Source: Mobula hypostoma
Taxonomy: Eukaryota
Length of the DNA stretch: 64,000 nucleotides
Assembly: GCF_963921235.1 (NCBI RefSeq)
Contig: NC_086098.1
Location: forward strand, 9,362,001-9,426,000
Direction of reading: 5' to 3'
Positions within the stretch are counted from its first letter, which is position 1. Each line of letters starts with the position of its first letter. The notes below the pieces were generated by a model. That model searched no databases. It was not told the DNA's origin and worked only from the letters and a program-made list of their open reading frames with translations. Below are positions 26,498-39,442 of this stretch, one piece after another. The translations under genes and the position numbers were made by a program.

Positions 26498-27040
26498 CAA
26501 CACACACAAAATGCTGGAGGAAGGCAGCATCTATGGAAAGGAATAAACAATCAACATTTCGGGCTGAAACCCTTCTTTGGGACTGAGAATGAAAAAGGAA
26601 GGTGCCTGAATAAAAAAGTAGGGGTGGGGGGGGGAGGAGAAGGAATCTAGCTGAAAGATGATAGGTGAAGCCAGGTGTGTGGGAAAGGTTAAGGGCTGAA
26701 GAAGAAAGGATCTGATAGGAGGGGAGAGTGGACAGTGGGAGAAAGGGGAAGAAGGAGGGGACCCGTGGGGGAAATAATTGGCAGGTGAGAAGAGGTGAAA
26801 GAACATAGAAATTTACAGCACATTACAGGCCCTTTGTCCTATAATGTTGTGCCAACCACATAACCTAAAGATCAGAGTAGAGAATGGGGGTCGGGGGAGA
26901 AATTTGTTCACCGGAGTGAGAAAGCAATATTGATACCATCTGGTTGGAAGGTATCTAGACAGAATATAAGATGTTGCTCCTCCACCTTGTGGATGGTCTC
27001 ATCTTGGCACGAGGAGGCCATGAACAAACATGTCGGAACT
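26498..27040 (-). mobile_element. Penelope-like 3' fragment containing a short CR1 tail (about 26800-26865)
   Basis: KVEEQHLIFCLDTFQPDGINIAF on the minus strand plus the terminal motif. Confidence 0.75.
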
Positions 27041-27734
27041 GGATGTTTCAATGTGCTTGTCATAAATAATTCTTTAAAATTGTGACCTGTTGTGAAGCAA
27101 TGGACAAATACAGCTCCTTTGAATAGCACTGTTTGCACAGAATATGATTGTGAACGGAGATCAGGGTGATAGCTTCAAATGACAACATACCCAAAATTGG
27201 TTCTACATAGCGTTTGCATAAGAATTGGACAATCCCAAGACCACTATGTGAAAAATATCTGGAAAAAAAAGTTACTTATTCCCCAGTTTATCATTGACAT
27301 CTGCTCTTCTGTAAAAGGTAGTATTTTTGACAGTGGCACAGTGAATAAAACCTGTTGTAATATTGCTGCTACTATCTGCTGTTTGGCAATTAGATTGTAA
27401 ATTGTCAAAGCAGAATGAACATCCCTAATCTGTCAGATAATAGTACAATGATCTTTGTTGTAGGTGTTTAATGGATGGAACCCTCATGTAGGGCAGAGCA
27501 CTAAACGAAAGCCTGAATTTTTTTGAAATTGCATATGTGCATTTTTTACCAAGCTAGTCATTATTTCTGCTGAACTATAAATAAATACAGTGCATGTCAA
27601 TAGGCTGAAGAAGGAGAATGAGGTTAAAAATAGCAGCATGTTAGACTGAAAACAATAGATTGTAGAGGAGGGAGGAAACTGTCAGTAAGTGGGCAGGGCC
27701 TAATGGGGATTGTTTTTTTCTGAATTTTACATAA

Positions 27735-28070
27735 TTATAGAACAATACAGCACAGTACAGGCCCTTCGGCCCTTTAACATACTGCAAGACCAATCTAACA
27801 CTTCCCTCCCACATATAGAAGACCTCCGTTTTTACTTCATCCATGTGCCTATCTAAGAGTCTTTTAAATGTCCCTAATGTATCTGCTTCTGCCACCACCC
27901 CAGCAGCGAGTTCCATGCACTTACCACTCTATGTAAATAAACCCTACATCTGACATTCTCCCATACTTCCCTCACAATACCTTAAAATTAAGTACCCTCA
28001 TAGCCATTTCAGTCCTGGAAAAAAGCCTCTGACTGTCCACTTAGTCTATGCCTTTTATCATCCTGTACAC
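27735..28070 (-). mobile_element. CR1 LINE 3' end
   Basis: GVVAEADTLGTFKRLLDRHM; acagcacagtacaggcccttcggccc. Confidence 0.8.
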
Positions 28071-28114
28071 CAAATCTTATAATATAGATTTACAAATAAT
28101 TGATCTAGTCATCA

Positions 28115-28328
28115 GCACTTCATCCTGCCTTCCCCCAATCTCACATCTTACCCCTCACCTGGCTTCACCTGTCACCTGCCAGCATGTACTCCTTCCCCTC
28201 TCCCACCTTCTTGTTCTTGCTTCTTCCCCGCTTCCTTTCCAGTCCTGGCCAGAAACGTTGACTGTTCATTCCTCTCGATAGATGCTGTCTGACCTGCTGA
28301 GTTCCTCCAGCATTTTGTGTGTGTTACA
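28115..28328 (+). mobile_element. Penelope-like terminal fragment (hammerhead core deleted)
   Basis: ccagtcctggccagaaacgttgactg...ctgctgagttcctccagcattttgtgtgtgtt. Confidence 0.7.
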
Positions 28329-30384
28329 CTAATGTTTAATTAATTATTGAAATTTTCAGTTTACGTTGACTGGATATAGCACACATGAATGGCATTGTTC
28401 ACACAGAATAAGACTCTGAATTTAGATTAGGGTGTCAGCATGAATTGTCAACATACTTAAAGTGAGTTATACAGATTGTCTGCTTTGGTGGTTCTCCTTT
28501 ATATCTGACAATGACAGAAACCCTGTGTTGGAGAGTTTTTTAAGTTTTAGCGTTGCACTGGGGGCAGTTCCACTCTCTTGACCTCAGAAGTCTGGGTCCA
28601 GTGGAACGAACAAGAGTCACAACCGGGGGTGTCCTTTGGTTTTAGTGGATGACCATGGTAGCTTCTGTGTCTTGTCATGCCCTTTGCTCTCCAAGGAGCG
28701 TTGCAGAACCACCTTCCCAGTTGTTGGATCTCATCCGCCCAGTCCACCGGAGCTGACTTCCCATGGTAGGACAGGCATGTCCCTTTCTCACCAGGGTACG
28801 AGGCTGCTGACTACCCTCACCTGGTCTAGCCCACATGTCGATGTGGTGTACTGGGGTGTGGCCACTTTCACATGCAAACAGCTACCTGAGTCCACAGGAG
28901 AGAGCTGAGTGAGCTGCCCCAGAATGGACATGACAAGCCCGTTCACCAGAGGCGTGACCCTTTCCTGGACACCCCATATAGCCCAGATTCTACAGATTGT
29001 AGATTCCTGGTAAATACCGAATTGTGTTGGAAGCCATATATTAACAACACAAACTGGTAAGTTTCGTTATTGGAGATAAAGTATTTCAGCCTTTTGTTAT
29101 AAAATATTTATATTAATTGCATTAAATCTTTCTAAACCAGTTTGGCTTATAAGAGAAAATGCTTTGTCATAACTTACCTCATGATATCTAACAACGAGAT
29201 GCAGTAATTCCATGTTTTGGAAGCAGTTAATGACCTGACAGTTCAGAATCAAAGTGGATTCATCTTGAAATGTCCCTGTGCTTTACAGTTTAAGAAATTT
29301 TGGCCAAGAGCTGCTTGCTGAGTTATTTTGGCTCCTGGTTCTTTATTTATATTGAAGTTGTATTTGAACCAAAATATCATGTACATTAATAAATTTGGCT
29401 GCAGGCATTGAGCTAAAATTCCTGTCCTGTATAGAAGGACAGAAGCAGATTAATGCTGATTTGCAGCCAGCTATGAAAGTATTGCTGTTTTTTTCCAATC
29501 TGGTTGTCATTAATTGTTCACATTAATCTTTATTTCCATTCTAAATCAGGTTTCTAAAGTTTATGACTCATCGTACCATAATGGGAGACGTATCAGAAAA
29601 ACATCTCCCGAGCAGAAACCAGTGATTTCTAAACAGTGGAATTCATCATTGCCAAAGTGAGAACTCACAAATAACCTGAAGCTTCAGGAAAAAAAACTAC
29701 AATTTTCCATTTTAACAGAAATTTTGGAGAGGTCTATATAAGCATATAAGGGAGTGGATTATACAGGAGCAGAGAGCAACCTGGAGTCACTGCCCTGAGC
29801 CAACACCTTTTACATGGTCAGAGTGAGCCTGTTTCAGTCCATATCCTGCAGTTCAGTGACCTCTCCCTCATGGTGACTGTTCAGTAGTTAATATCAGAGA
29901 ATGTATACAATATACAGCCTGACAGTCTTGCTCTTCACAGACATCCACGAAAACAGAAGAGTACCCCAAAGAATGAGTGAGAGAACCCCAAAGCCCCCTA
30001 CTCCCCCCTCCCACGCACGAGCAGCAGCAGAGCAATTACCCTCCCCCTCCCCCACTTACTTCAGCAAAAAAAAAGCATCAGCGCCATCCACTCATAAAGC
30101 AAGCAGTAGCAAAGCCCCAAGAACGACCATGATCTCTAGTACAGCAAAAGCTAATTGTTCGTCTGATAATTCGACCTGCCACAGGCTTTCTCTCTCCCTA
30201 GTAAAGGGTAGAGACACTTTTTTCAGATGAGCTCAAAGAAGCTGCTCTCCAAGGCCGTCATAGCTCCGCCAAGTAAAACTAAAACTAGAGCCTGGCCTCT
30301 AATAAATCCTTTTCCTTCAATTAGGATAGTTTTTAGATATCGCTCACTTACAGATAGACATCAAAAGACTATTAATGAAGAATA

Positions 30385-31148
30385 TCACACACAAAATACT
30401 GGAGGAACTCAGCAGGTCAGGCAGCGTCTGTGAAGGGGAATAAACAGTCAGCATTTCGGCTAAGACCCTTAATCAGGACTGGATAGGAAGGAGGAAGTCC
30501 CTTCCTTTCCAGTCCTGATAAAGGGTCTCGGCCTGAAATGTCAACTGTTCATTCCCTTTCATAGTCATAATCATACTTTATTGATCCTGGGCTAAATTGG
30601 TTTTCATTACAGTTGCACCATAAATAATTAAATAGTAATAAAACCATAAATAGTTAAATAGTAATATGTAAATTATGCCAGGACCAGCCTATTGGCTCAG
30701 GGTGTCTGACCCTCCAAGGGAGGAGTTGTAAAGTTTGATGGCCACAGGCAGGAATGACTTCCTATGACGCTCTGTGTTGCATCTCGGTGGAATGAGTCTC
30801 TGGCTGAATGTACTCCTGTGCCCACCCAGTACATTATGTAGTGGATGGGAGACATTGACCAAGATGGCATGCAACTTAGACAGCATCCTCTTTTCAGACA
30901 CCACCGTGAGAGAGTCCAGTTCCATCCCCACAACATCACTGGCCTTACGAATGAGTTTGTTGATTCTGTTGGTGTCTGCTACCCTCAGCCTGCTGCCCCA
31001 GCACACAACAGCAAACATGATCGCACTGGCCACCACAGACTCGTAGAACATCCTCAGCATATACTGTATACTACCTGACCCGCTGACTTCCTCCAGCATT
31101 GTGTGTGTTACTCTGGATTTGCAGCATCTGCAGAATCTCTTGTGTTTA
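30385..31148. mobile_element. Penelope-like fold-back element split by a Rex1/Babar-type LINE
   Basis: Minus arm 30385-30490, plus arm 30500-30563 resuming at 31070-31148. Confidence 0.75.
30564..31062 (-). mobile_element. Young Rex1/Babar-type LINE 3' end
   Basis: Open frame MLRMFYESVVASAIMFAVVCWG...SHPLH...RKSFLPVAIKLYN; aataaagtatgattatga tail. Confidence 0.85.
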
Positions 31149-31949
31149 TGAAGTTGAAGAACATTTTTTTTAACATGTAAAGAAATTGAGTTCAAAAATG
31201 CACTTTTAATTAAGAACATTAACCTTAAACAAAATGTCTTAACTCATAACATACTCCTTATCCCTTAAAATAAAGGGCATCTCTAAATCCTGCTCCAAAT
31301 TTGTTATTATGTTCTAGGCTTTCATGTGTCACTAGACATGTATGAAAACTGGGATTTACCACCACTGAAGCCGTTGAACCCCGGATCATACCAGCAACAT
31401 TCAGAGATCTAGGCTCGGTGAATGTTTAATTAGAGAAGGACAAAAAAGTTCAAAGTAAATTTTATTATCGAGGTACATATATGTTACCACATACAACCCT
31501 GGAATTCATTTTCCTGCGGGCATACTCAGCAAATCCATAGAATAGTAACTATAACAGGAGCAATTAAAAATCAACCAGAGTGCAGAAGACAACAAACTGT
31601 GTAAATACAAATATGAATAAATGGCATTAAATAACGAGAGCGTGAAATAACAAGTTAAAATGAGATTATTGGTTGTGGGAACATCTCAGTAGGTTTTTGT
31701 TCAAGAGCCTGATAGTTGAGGGATAGTAACTGTTCTAGAACCTTCCTCGTTCTGCACTCCATTGATACCTATTTCTGTGCCTCATTTTTTTAATTCTCTA
31801 TCTCCAAAGGTTAAACAAAAAATCTAGTATACACAATGGCCTCATAGATCTCTCAAATAAACATGAAAATTTCATGTTGCTGAGCTGAGCAATTATTCTC
31901 ATTCTTTTATGACATGTTAATTTTATAGCTACTTTTCCTAGTACTCACT

Positions 31950-32506
31950 GATCTCCTAGTGGCCAACCATTTTAATTTCACTTCCATGCCGATATGTCAA
32001 TCCATGGCCTCCTGTACTGCCGCAATGAGGCTGCACTCAGGTTGGAGGAACAACACCTTATATTCTGTCTGGGTAGCCCCCAACATGATAGCATGAACAT
32101 TGATTTTGCGGACTTCCAGTAATGGCCCCCTCTGCCCCTCTCCTTCACCATTCCCCATCTCCTTTTCCCTCTCTCATCTTATCCCCTTGCCTGCCCATCA
32201 CCTCCCTCTGGTGCATCTCCCCCTTCTACTTTCTTCCATGGCCTTCTGTCATCTCCTATCAGACTCCCCCCTACTCCAGCCCTGTATCTCTTTCACCAAT
32301 CAACTTCTCAGCTCTTTACTTCATCCCTCCCCCTCCCAGTTTCACCTAGCACCTTGTGTTTCTCCTTCCCCTCCCACACCTTTTAAATCTACTCCTCATC
32401 TTTTTAATCCCGTCCTGCCAAAGGGTCTCGGACTGAACCGTCGACTGTACCTTTTTCTATAGATGCTGCCTGGTTTGCAGAGTTCCTCCAGCATTTTGTG
32501 TGTTAC
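31950..32506 (+). mobile_element. Penelope-like 3' fragment
   Basis: LVANHFN...EAALRLEEQHLIFCLGS...MNIDF remnant, pyrimidine-rich UTR and degenerate hammerhead motif. Confidence 0.8.
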
Positions 32507-32769
32507 TCATTGATGCCTTTGTTAAGAGCACCAGGATGAAACTCCTCACAAGTGTGGAACTCATTCAGTGCTTGAAAAGTCACATCTTCGGAGCTAGGGA
32601 CAAGCTACACTTATGGGTACACTTAAGGTTTTTGCAAGCTAAGGCACAACAGTGCTCTAGTTTATCTACATTGTTCTGTCAGCTTACTCTCTTGACAGTT
32701 CTCCAATAAATAATTCATGGCCTTCCAGACAGATATATCAAATTAATGGCACAAGTTTTTAATCACTAC

Positions 32770-34195
32770 AACATAGAAACATGGAAAATCTACAGCACAT
32801 TACAGGCCCTTGGGCCCATAATGTTGTGCTGACCATGTAACCTACTCTAGAAGCTGCCCAGAATTTCCCTTCCGCCCTCTATTTATAATAGAAAGAGAAT
32901 ATAACTCTCTATTTTCTAAGCTCCATATACCTATCTAAGAGTCTCTTAAAAAGAGCCTATTGTATCCGCTTCTACCACCTTTGTTGGTACATTCCACGCA
33001 CCTACCACTCTCTGTGTGAAAATCTTGCCTTTGACATCCCCCTTATACCTACTTCCAAGCACCTTAAAACTATGCCCCCTCATGTTAGCCGTTTCAGCCC
33101 TGGGAAAAAGCCACTGGCTATCCACACAATCAATGCCTCTCATCATCTTATATACCTCTGTAAGGTCATTTCTCATCCTCTGTCGCTTCAAGGAGAAAAG
33201 GCCAAGTTCACACAATCTATTCTCATAAGACATGCTCTCCAATCCAGGCAACATCCTAGTAAATCTCCTCTGCACTCTCTGTATAGCATCTGCATCCTTC
33301 CTGTAATGAAGTGACCAGAACTGAACACAGTACTCCAAGTGGGGTCTAAATAAGGTCTTATATAGCTGTAACATACCTCACACCTCTTGAACTCAATCCC
33401 ACGGTTGATGGATGCCAACACACCATACGCCTTCTTAACAACTCTGTCAACCTGCACAGCAGCTTTGAGTGTCCTATGGACATGCACCCCAAGATCTCGC
33501 AGATCCTCCACACTGCCAAGAGTCTTACTATTAATATTATATTCTGTCTTCAAATTTGACCTACCGAAATAAACCCCTTCACACTTGTCTGGGTTGAAGT
33601 CCATCTGCCACTTCTCAGTCCAGTTCTGCATCCTATCGATGTCCTGCTATAACCTCTGACAACCATCCAGACTATCCGCAACACCTCAATTTTTGTATCA
33701 TCAGCAAACTTACTAACTCACCCTTCTACTTCCTCATCCAGGTTGTTTATAAAAATATAAAAATATTTATTAAAAAAAAAGGAGGGGTCCCAGAACAGAT
33801 CCCCACAGAACACCGCTGGTCACCGTCCTCCTTGCAGAATATGACCTGTCTACAACCACTCTTTGACTTCTGTGCTCAAGCCAATTCTGGATCCACAATG
33901 CAAGATCTCCTTGGATCCCATGCCTCATTACTTTCTGAATGAACCTCACATGGGGAACCTTATCAAATGCCTTACTGAAATCCATAGACACTACATCCTC
34001 TGCTCTACCTTCATCAATGTGTTTTGTTACATCCTCAAAGAATTCAATTAGGTTCGTAAGGCATGATCTGCCCTTGACAAAGCCCTACTGACTATCCCTA
34101 ATCAGATTATGTCTCTACAAATGCTCATAAATCCTGCTTCTCAGGATCTTCTCCAACAACTTGCCCTCCACTGAAATAAGACTCACTGCAAGATC
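32770..34195 (-). mobile_element. CR1 LINE RT to 3' end, frameshifted
   Basis: DFSKAFDKVPH, GSVLGPLLF, FNPDKCE and RPHLEYCVQFWS in successive frames. Confidence 0.9.
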
Positions 34196-34221
34196 TGCAA
34201 AATCTTCTCTACTAAAGATCT

Positions 34222-34690
34222 TACATGTCAGTCCATGAGATGAGGGGTCCAGAGTGGAGGAGCAACACCTTATATTTCGTCTGAGTAGATTCCAACCTGG
34301 TGGCATGAATATCAATTTCTCCTTCCAGTAAAATATTTTTTCCCTTCCCCTCCCCTCTTCTCTGATTCCTCACTCTTGTCTTCTTATCTCTTCTCATCTT
34401 CCTATCATCTCCCCCTGGGTCTCCCCCTCCTTCCCTTTCTCCTCTAGTCCACTGGGCTCTTCTCACAGATTCCTTCCTCTCCAGCCCCTTATTTTTCCTT
34501 CTCACCTGGCATCACTTATCACCTTCTAGCCATCCTCCTTCCCCTCCCTTCACCTTTTTATTTTGGCATCTTCCCCCTTCCTTTCCAGTGCTAAAGAAGG
34601 GTCTTGGCTGGAAACGTCGACTCAGCATTCATTTTCGTAGATGCTGCTTGACCTGCTTTGTTCCTCCAGCATTTTCTCTGTGTGTTGCTA
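34222..34690 (+). mobile_element. Penelope-like 3' fragment
   Basis: gtggaggagcaacaccttatatttcgtctg...ctaaagaagggtcttggctggaaacgtcgac. Confidence 0.75.
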
Positions 34691-34971
34691 TAGATTCACT
34701 GCATGTTTCAATGTGCTTGTGACAAATGAAGCTAATCTTTACCTTTCGTGTTGATTGAAACCTGCAGTAACAAAAGTGTCTCAGCCTGAATGCTACACCC
34801 TGTTCAAATTCAAATCTAATTTGTAATGAAGAATAATGGTACTCAGATTTATAGGTTCTATCTCTTACAACAAGTTCCAAACATGCCCAGAGAGTAATTA
34901 CAAATGCAGAAAATGAATTTGACTGTTTTGTTTGAGATATGAATAAATTCTCCAAGACATTCAATGGCATT

Positions 34972-35418
34972 ATAGAAACATAGAAACATAGAAAATAGGT
35001 GCAGGAGTAGGCCATTCGGCCCTTCGAGCCTGCACCGCCATTTATTATGATCATGGCTGATCATCCAACTCAGAACCCAGCCTTCCCTCCATACCCCGTG
35101 ACCCCTGTAGCCACAAGGGCCATATCTAACTTCCTTTTAAACATAGCTAATGAACTGGCCTCAACAGTTTGCTGTGGCAGAGAATTCCACAGATTCACCA
35201 CTCTCTGTGTGAAGAAGTTTTTCCTAACGTCGGTCCTAAAAGGCTTCCCCTCTATCCTCAAACTGTGACCCCTCGTTCTAGACCTCCCCAACATCGGGAA
35301 CAATCTTCCCGCATCTAGCCTGTCCAATCCCTTTAGGATCTTATACGTTTCAATCAGATCCCCCCTCAATCTTCTAAATTCCAACGAGTACAAGCCCAGT
35401 TCATCCAGTCTTTCTTCA
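34972..35418 (-). mobile_element. Young, 5'-truncated CR1 LINE
   Basis: (tagaaaca)n tail; open frame EERLDELGLYSLEFRRLRGDLIETYK... Confidence 0.9.
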
Positions 35419-35974
35419 TTATGTTCACTGGCATTTAAAAACTCATGCATATTGTGTTTCCTTCCTTCCTTGCTTCCTTCATAAACTGAATCATAAAATA
35501 GTTTTCCATTAACTGTGGAAAATTGTTCATTGTCTTACCAGAAGAAAATCGTTGCCCCTGTCAATTTGTAGTAAGTTGAGCTTTTCAACTATCACAGTTC
35601 ATCCCTTACCAGATGCTTTCCATACTCTATTCCATCAAGGCTTTCAACTCGTGCTGGGGTATTTCAGCATACCCTCATTAATGGCTTAGTCCCACAGCCT
35701 TCTCTTCATTCTACACACTGAACCATGTCTGTCTTTCAGTTTTTTATTTCCTCTCTCATGTGTCTCAGAGTTCAGTTTGTGTATATTGCTCCATCAGCTC
35801 CATCATTTTCTTCCCCTTAAACTGTCTTCATTAAGTAATTTATAGCTGTCCAGCTTTATTTATATGTTGCAATTGTTCCATCAGTCAGCAGGATGTCACA
35901 ACTCACAGGCACTACCAATTTATATATCGTACTTGTCAAACTGAATGCATTATTACAAGCAGAACAAATGGTAC

Positions 35975-36375
35975 ACAAGCCCTACATCTCCTCCCTCACT
36001 ACCACTCAGGGCCCTAAACAGTCCTTCCAGTGAGATGACACTCCCCCTGCGAGTCTGTTGGGGTCATCTACTGGATCGGTGCTCCCAGTGTAGCCTCCTG
36101 TGTATTGGTGAGACCCAATGTAGATTGGGAGGCCGATTTGCCAAGCACATTCACTCCATCCAACACAAAGAGCGGGATCTCCCAGTGACCATCCATTTCA
36201 ACTCTACTTCTCACTTCCATTCTGACATGTAGGTCTCCCCTCATACAAACTCTTCTCACTCCTGCCATCTGGCAAAAAGTACCGAAGCATTCGGGTTCTC
36301 ACGACCAGACTGTGTAACAGTTTCTTCCCCCAAGCCATTAGACTCCTCAATTCCCAGAGTCTAGTCTGACACCAA

Positions 36376-36419
<44 letters not shown>

Positions 36420-37015
36420 ACACACACACACACTCACACCCTCAACTGAACACCATTCCACTCCCTTTGCAATTTTTGTTCATTTCTTTCTCAATTCCTG
36501 CTAAAACATTGTTTACATTTACATTTATGTTTACATCATTTATTATTATATTGTAATTTGTCCTTGACTGTGCCTATTGTCTTGTTTATTAATTATTGTA
36601 CTGTTTTGCACTGTTTTGTGCACTTTATGTAGTCCCGTGTAAGCCCAAAGGCTAATGTAGTTTTGTGTTGTTTCACGTAGTCTAGTGTAGTTTTGTGTTT
36701 TTTCAGGTAGCACCATGGTCCTGGAAGATCGTTGTTTCGTTTTTGCTGTGTACTGTACCAGCAGTTATGGTTGAAATGATAATAAAAGCGACTTGACTTG
36801 ACTTCTCTGCTGCCAGGATGAGGCCACACTCGGGTTGGAGGAGCACCACCTCATATTCTGTCTGGGTAGCATCCAACCTGATTGCATGAACATCAATTTC
36901 TTGAACTTCCAGTAATGGCCCTTCCCACTCTTCTCCTTCATCATTCCCCATTCCTGTGTCCCTCTCTCACCTTATCTTCTTACCTGCCCATCATCTCCTG
37001 CTGGTTCTCCTCCCC
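35975..37015 (+). mobile_element. Penelope-like GIY-YIG endonuclease remnant, interrupted by a LINE at about 36235-36802
   Basis: CSQCSLLCIGETQCRLGGRFAKHIHSI...HFNS.SH.HSDM resembles the PLE YIGET..RL..RF.EH motif; the ORF resumes with EATLGLEEHHLIFCLGSIQPD at 36815. Confidence 0.8.
36235..36802 (+). mobile_element. Rex1/Babar-type LINE 3' end containing a (CA)n tract
   Basis: LFSLLPSGKKYRSIRV.TTRL.NSFFPQAIRLLN; aataaaagcgacttgacttgact tail. Confidence 0.8.
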
Positions 37016-37142
37016 CTGGGTGTCATCATCTGTAAAGACCTATCTTAAGCCCAACATATTGATGCAAGTACAAAGAAGATGTAACAACAGCTATATTTCA
37101 CTAGGAGTATGATACTAATGACACTCGCACATTTTTACAGAG

Positions 37143-37379
37143 GTACCGTGGCGAGCATTGTAACTGGTTTTCTCGGGTGCTCCCATATTCAAAGGCAATG
37201 GATTAGTTAGGGTTAGTAAGTTGTGGGCTTGCTTGTTGGCGCCAGAAGCATAGTGACACTTGTAGGCTGCCCCTGCACATCCTCAAACTGTGTTGGTTGT
37301 TGACGCAAACAACACATTTCACTGTATGTTTTGATGTTTCAGTGTACATATGACAAATGAAGCTAATCTTTAATCTTTA
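37143..37379 (+). mobile_element. V-SINE (truncated)
   Basis: ggttttctcgggtgctccc...gctaatctttaatcttt. Confidence 0.65.
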
Positions 37380-37384
37380 AAAGG

Positions 37385-38500
37385 AAAAGATTAGCAAAGG
37401 TTAGTGCTGGTCACTTGGGCGAGAAAAAGAAACAGCAGAGAAATTAATTAATTACACAGTGCCTATCTTCACAACAGAAAGGAGAGAAGAATTCCTACAT
37501 CCAGATTGAGTGAGGCGCTGCGAAAAATAGCATTCTTTAAAAAAAGATTGGAGAATTTAGCAAAGATGGAGTGTGCCTAATGGCTTGGAATTGATGGCTT
37601 GCACCCCAAGCTTTTAAAAGATTGTCATCTTCCAAGGTTTTATAAACTCTAGAATAGTTTCCAAGGGTTGGACAACAGGGACGTACAGTCAGAAAAAACT
37701 GGAAACGGACAGCAAGTTAGGCAGCGCCTGTGGAAAGAGAAGCCATCAATATTTCAAATGAGAATTCCTTCATCAAGCAAGCCAGTTGGCATGAATTAAT
37801 AGTAAGGAAAATGCTAGAATCTATTCTTAACAAGGTGATAATGGAACACAAGAATATTAGAATTAAGCATGGAATTATGAAATAAAAATTATTTCTGACG
37901 TATCTTAGTTTTTGAGGCTGTGACTAGCAGAGTAAGTAAGGGTAAGCCGGTGAATGCGAGTAGTATTTGAATCATTATTCGAGGTTTCAGAGACCTTTGA
38001 TGAGGAGGCTATCAGGTTAGAGTGCACTATAATCAGCATGGACTGAGGATTGCTTAATGGATTAAAAACTGTCGAGTGAGCTAATTTTAGATATGATGTT
38101 TGTGTCCACTGGGCTACAAGAATTGGTGCTGAAGCTTCAGATGTTCACAATTTGCATCAGTGTTGTGGATGTTGGGACCAAGTGTAATATATCTAATTTT
38201 GCTGGGGACACGTATCTGGGTGGTAATGTGGGTTCTGAGGAAAACGCAGAAAGACTCCAGGAGGTTTTAAGCTGGTTGGATGAATGGCAAGGATTATGGT
38301 AAATGGAACATAATTAAATAAAATGTGAGGTGTGCATTTTGTTTGAAGTAATGGAAATGCACAGTATTTTTTTTAAATGTTAAGGGACTAAAAAGTGATG
38401 GTGTTCAGACGTACTGGTGCTCCCCTTTATGTAAACCACTGGAAGTTAACACATAAGCATTGTAAGCAATTAGGAAACAAAACTTAAATCAGTCGTTTCT
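37385..38500 (+). mobile_element. Old CR1 LINE fragments
   Basis: NISNFAGDTYLGGNV...LQEVL..L.EW (decayed FADD region). Confidence 0.6.
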
Positions 38501-38575
38501 GCAACGGGAATGAAATGTTCGCACCTCGCTGGAATACTGCAGGGCCAAGAGAACCTACGTCTGAAATATTCTATA

Positions 38576-38989
38576 CAGTACTGTGCAAAAGTCTTAGGCA
38601 CCCTAGATTTTTTATATGGTTTCAGATTCTGTGGCTTCTACAGAGCCCTGATTTCAACATTATCGAAGCTGACTGAGATTACCTGGAGACACAGAACCAA
38701 GGGAGACAGCCAAAGTCTGCAGAAGAATTGTGGCAAGTTCTCCAAGGTGCTTGGAACATCGTACCAGCTGATTTTCTTGTAAAATTGCTCAACAGTGTAC
38801 CCAAAAGAATTGATGCCGTTTTAAAGGCAAGGAGTGGTCACACCAAATATTGATTTGATTTAGTTTTTTAGTTTACTGCACTTTATAGTAATTTTTGACA
38901 TTTAAAAACTTTTTGTTTCATTATTTTGAAAGCATCTTTGCTTTACAGAATTTTTTTTTACTTGTGCTTAAGAATTTTGCACAGTACTG
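38576..38989 (+). mobile_element. Non-autonomous Tc1-family DNA transposon
   Basis: TIRs CAGTACTGTGCAAAAGTCTTAGGCAC / GTGCTTAAGAATTTTGCACAGTACTG; TA on the left flank; transposase remnants SPDFNIIE and VPKRIDAVLKARSGHTKY*. Confidence 0.88.
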
Positions 38990-39442
38990 TCTATGGTAAT
39001 ATAGATGAATTTGTCAGGGATGGAATGCAGCCAAGGTTCAGCAGATTATATGAAGAGATTGAGGAGATATGGATGTGCAAAGTCTGGAAAGGTGGGAGAT
39101 GGTCTCACATTAACATTTGTACAGTGCATAATAGGATAACTGCGGTGTTGATGCTTTCCTCAACTGGAGGAACCTGACACACAATACTTAAATAAAGGGT
39201 TGTCCAGTCAGGACCAAGATGAGAAGAAATTTCTTTGCCCAGAGGGTGGTGAATCTTATTGCAACTATAGCAGCAGAAGTCAAACAATGGAAATTATTGT
39301 CAAAGAATGGTGATTTTTTCCAGCTTCCAGCCCATGCAGCTGACACTGGAGGACTGTCAATGTACATGGATGTGAAGGGTAAACGCTTGCAGGGTTTTTT
39401 CTCCTCGGGAGTGGCGAGACTAGAACTAAAGGTCAAAAGCTA

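Noticed and set aside
30689..31219. 176-aa ORF as a host gene
   Set aside because: Chimera of PLE terminal sequence and a Rex-type LINE C-terminus.
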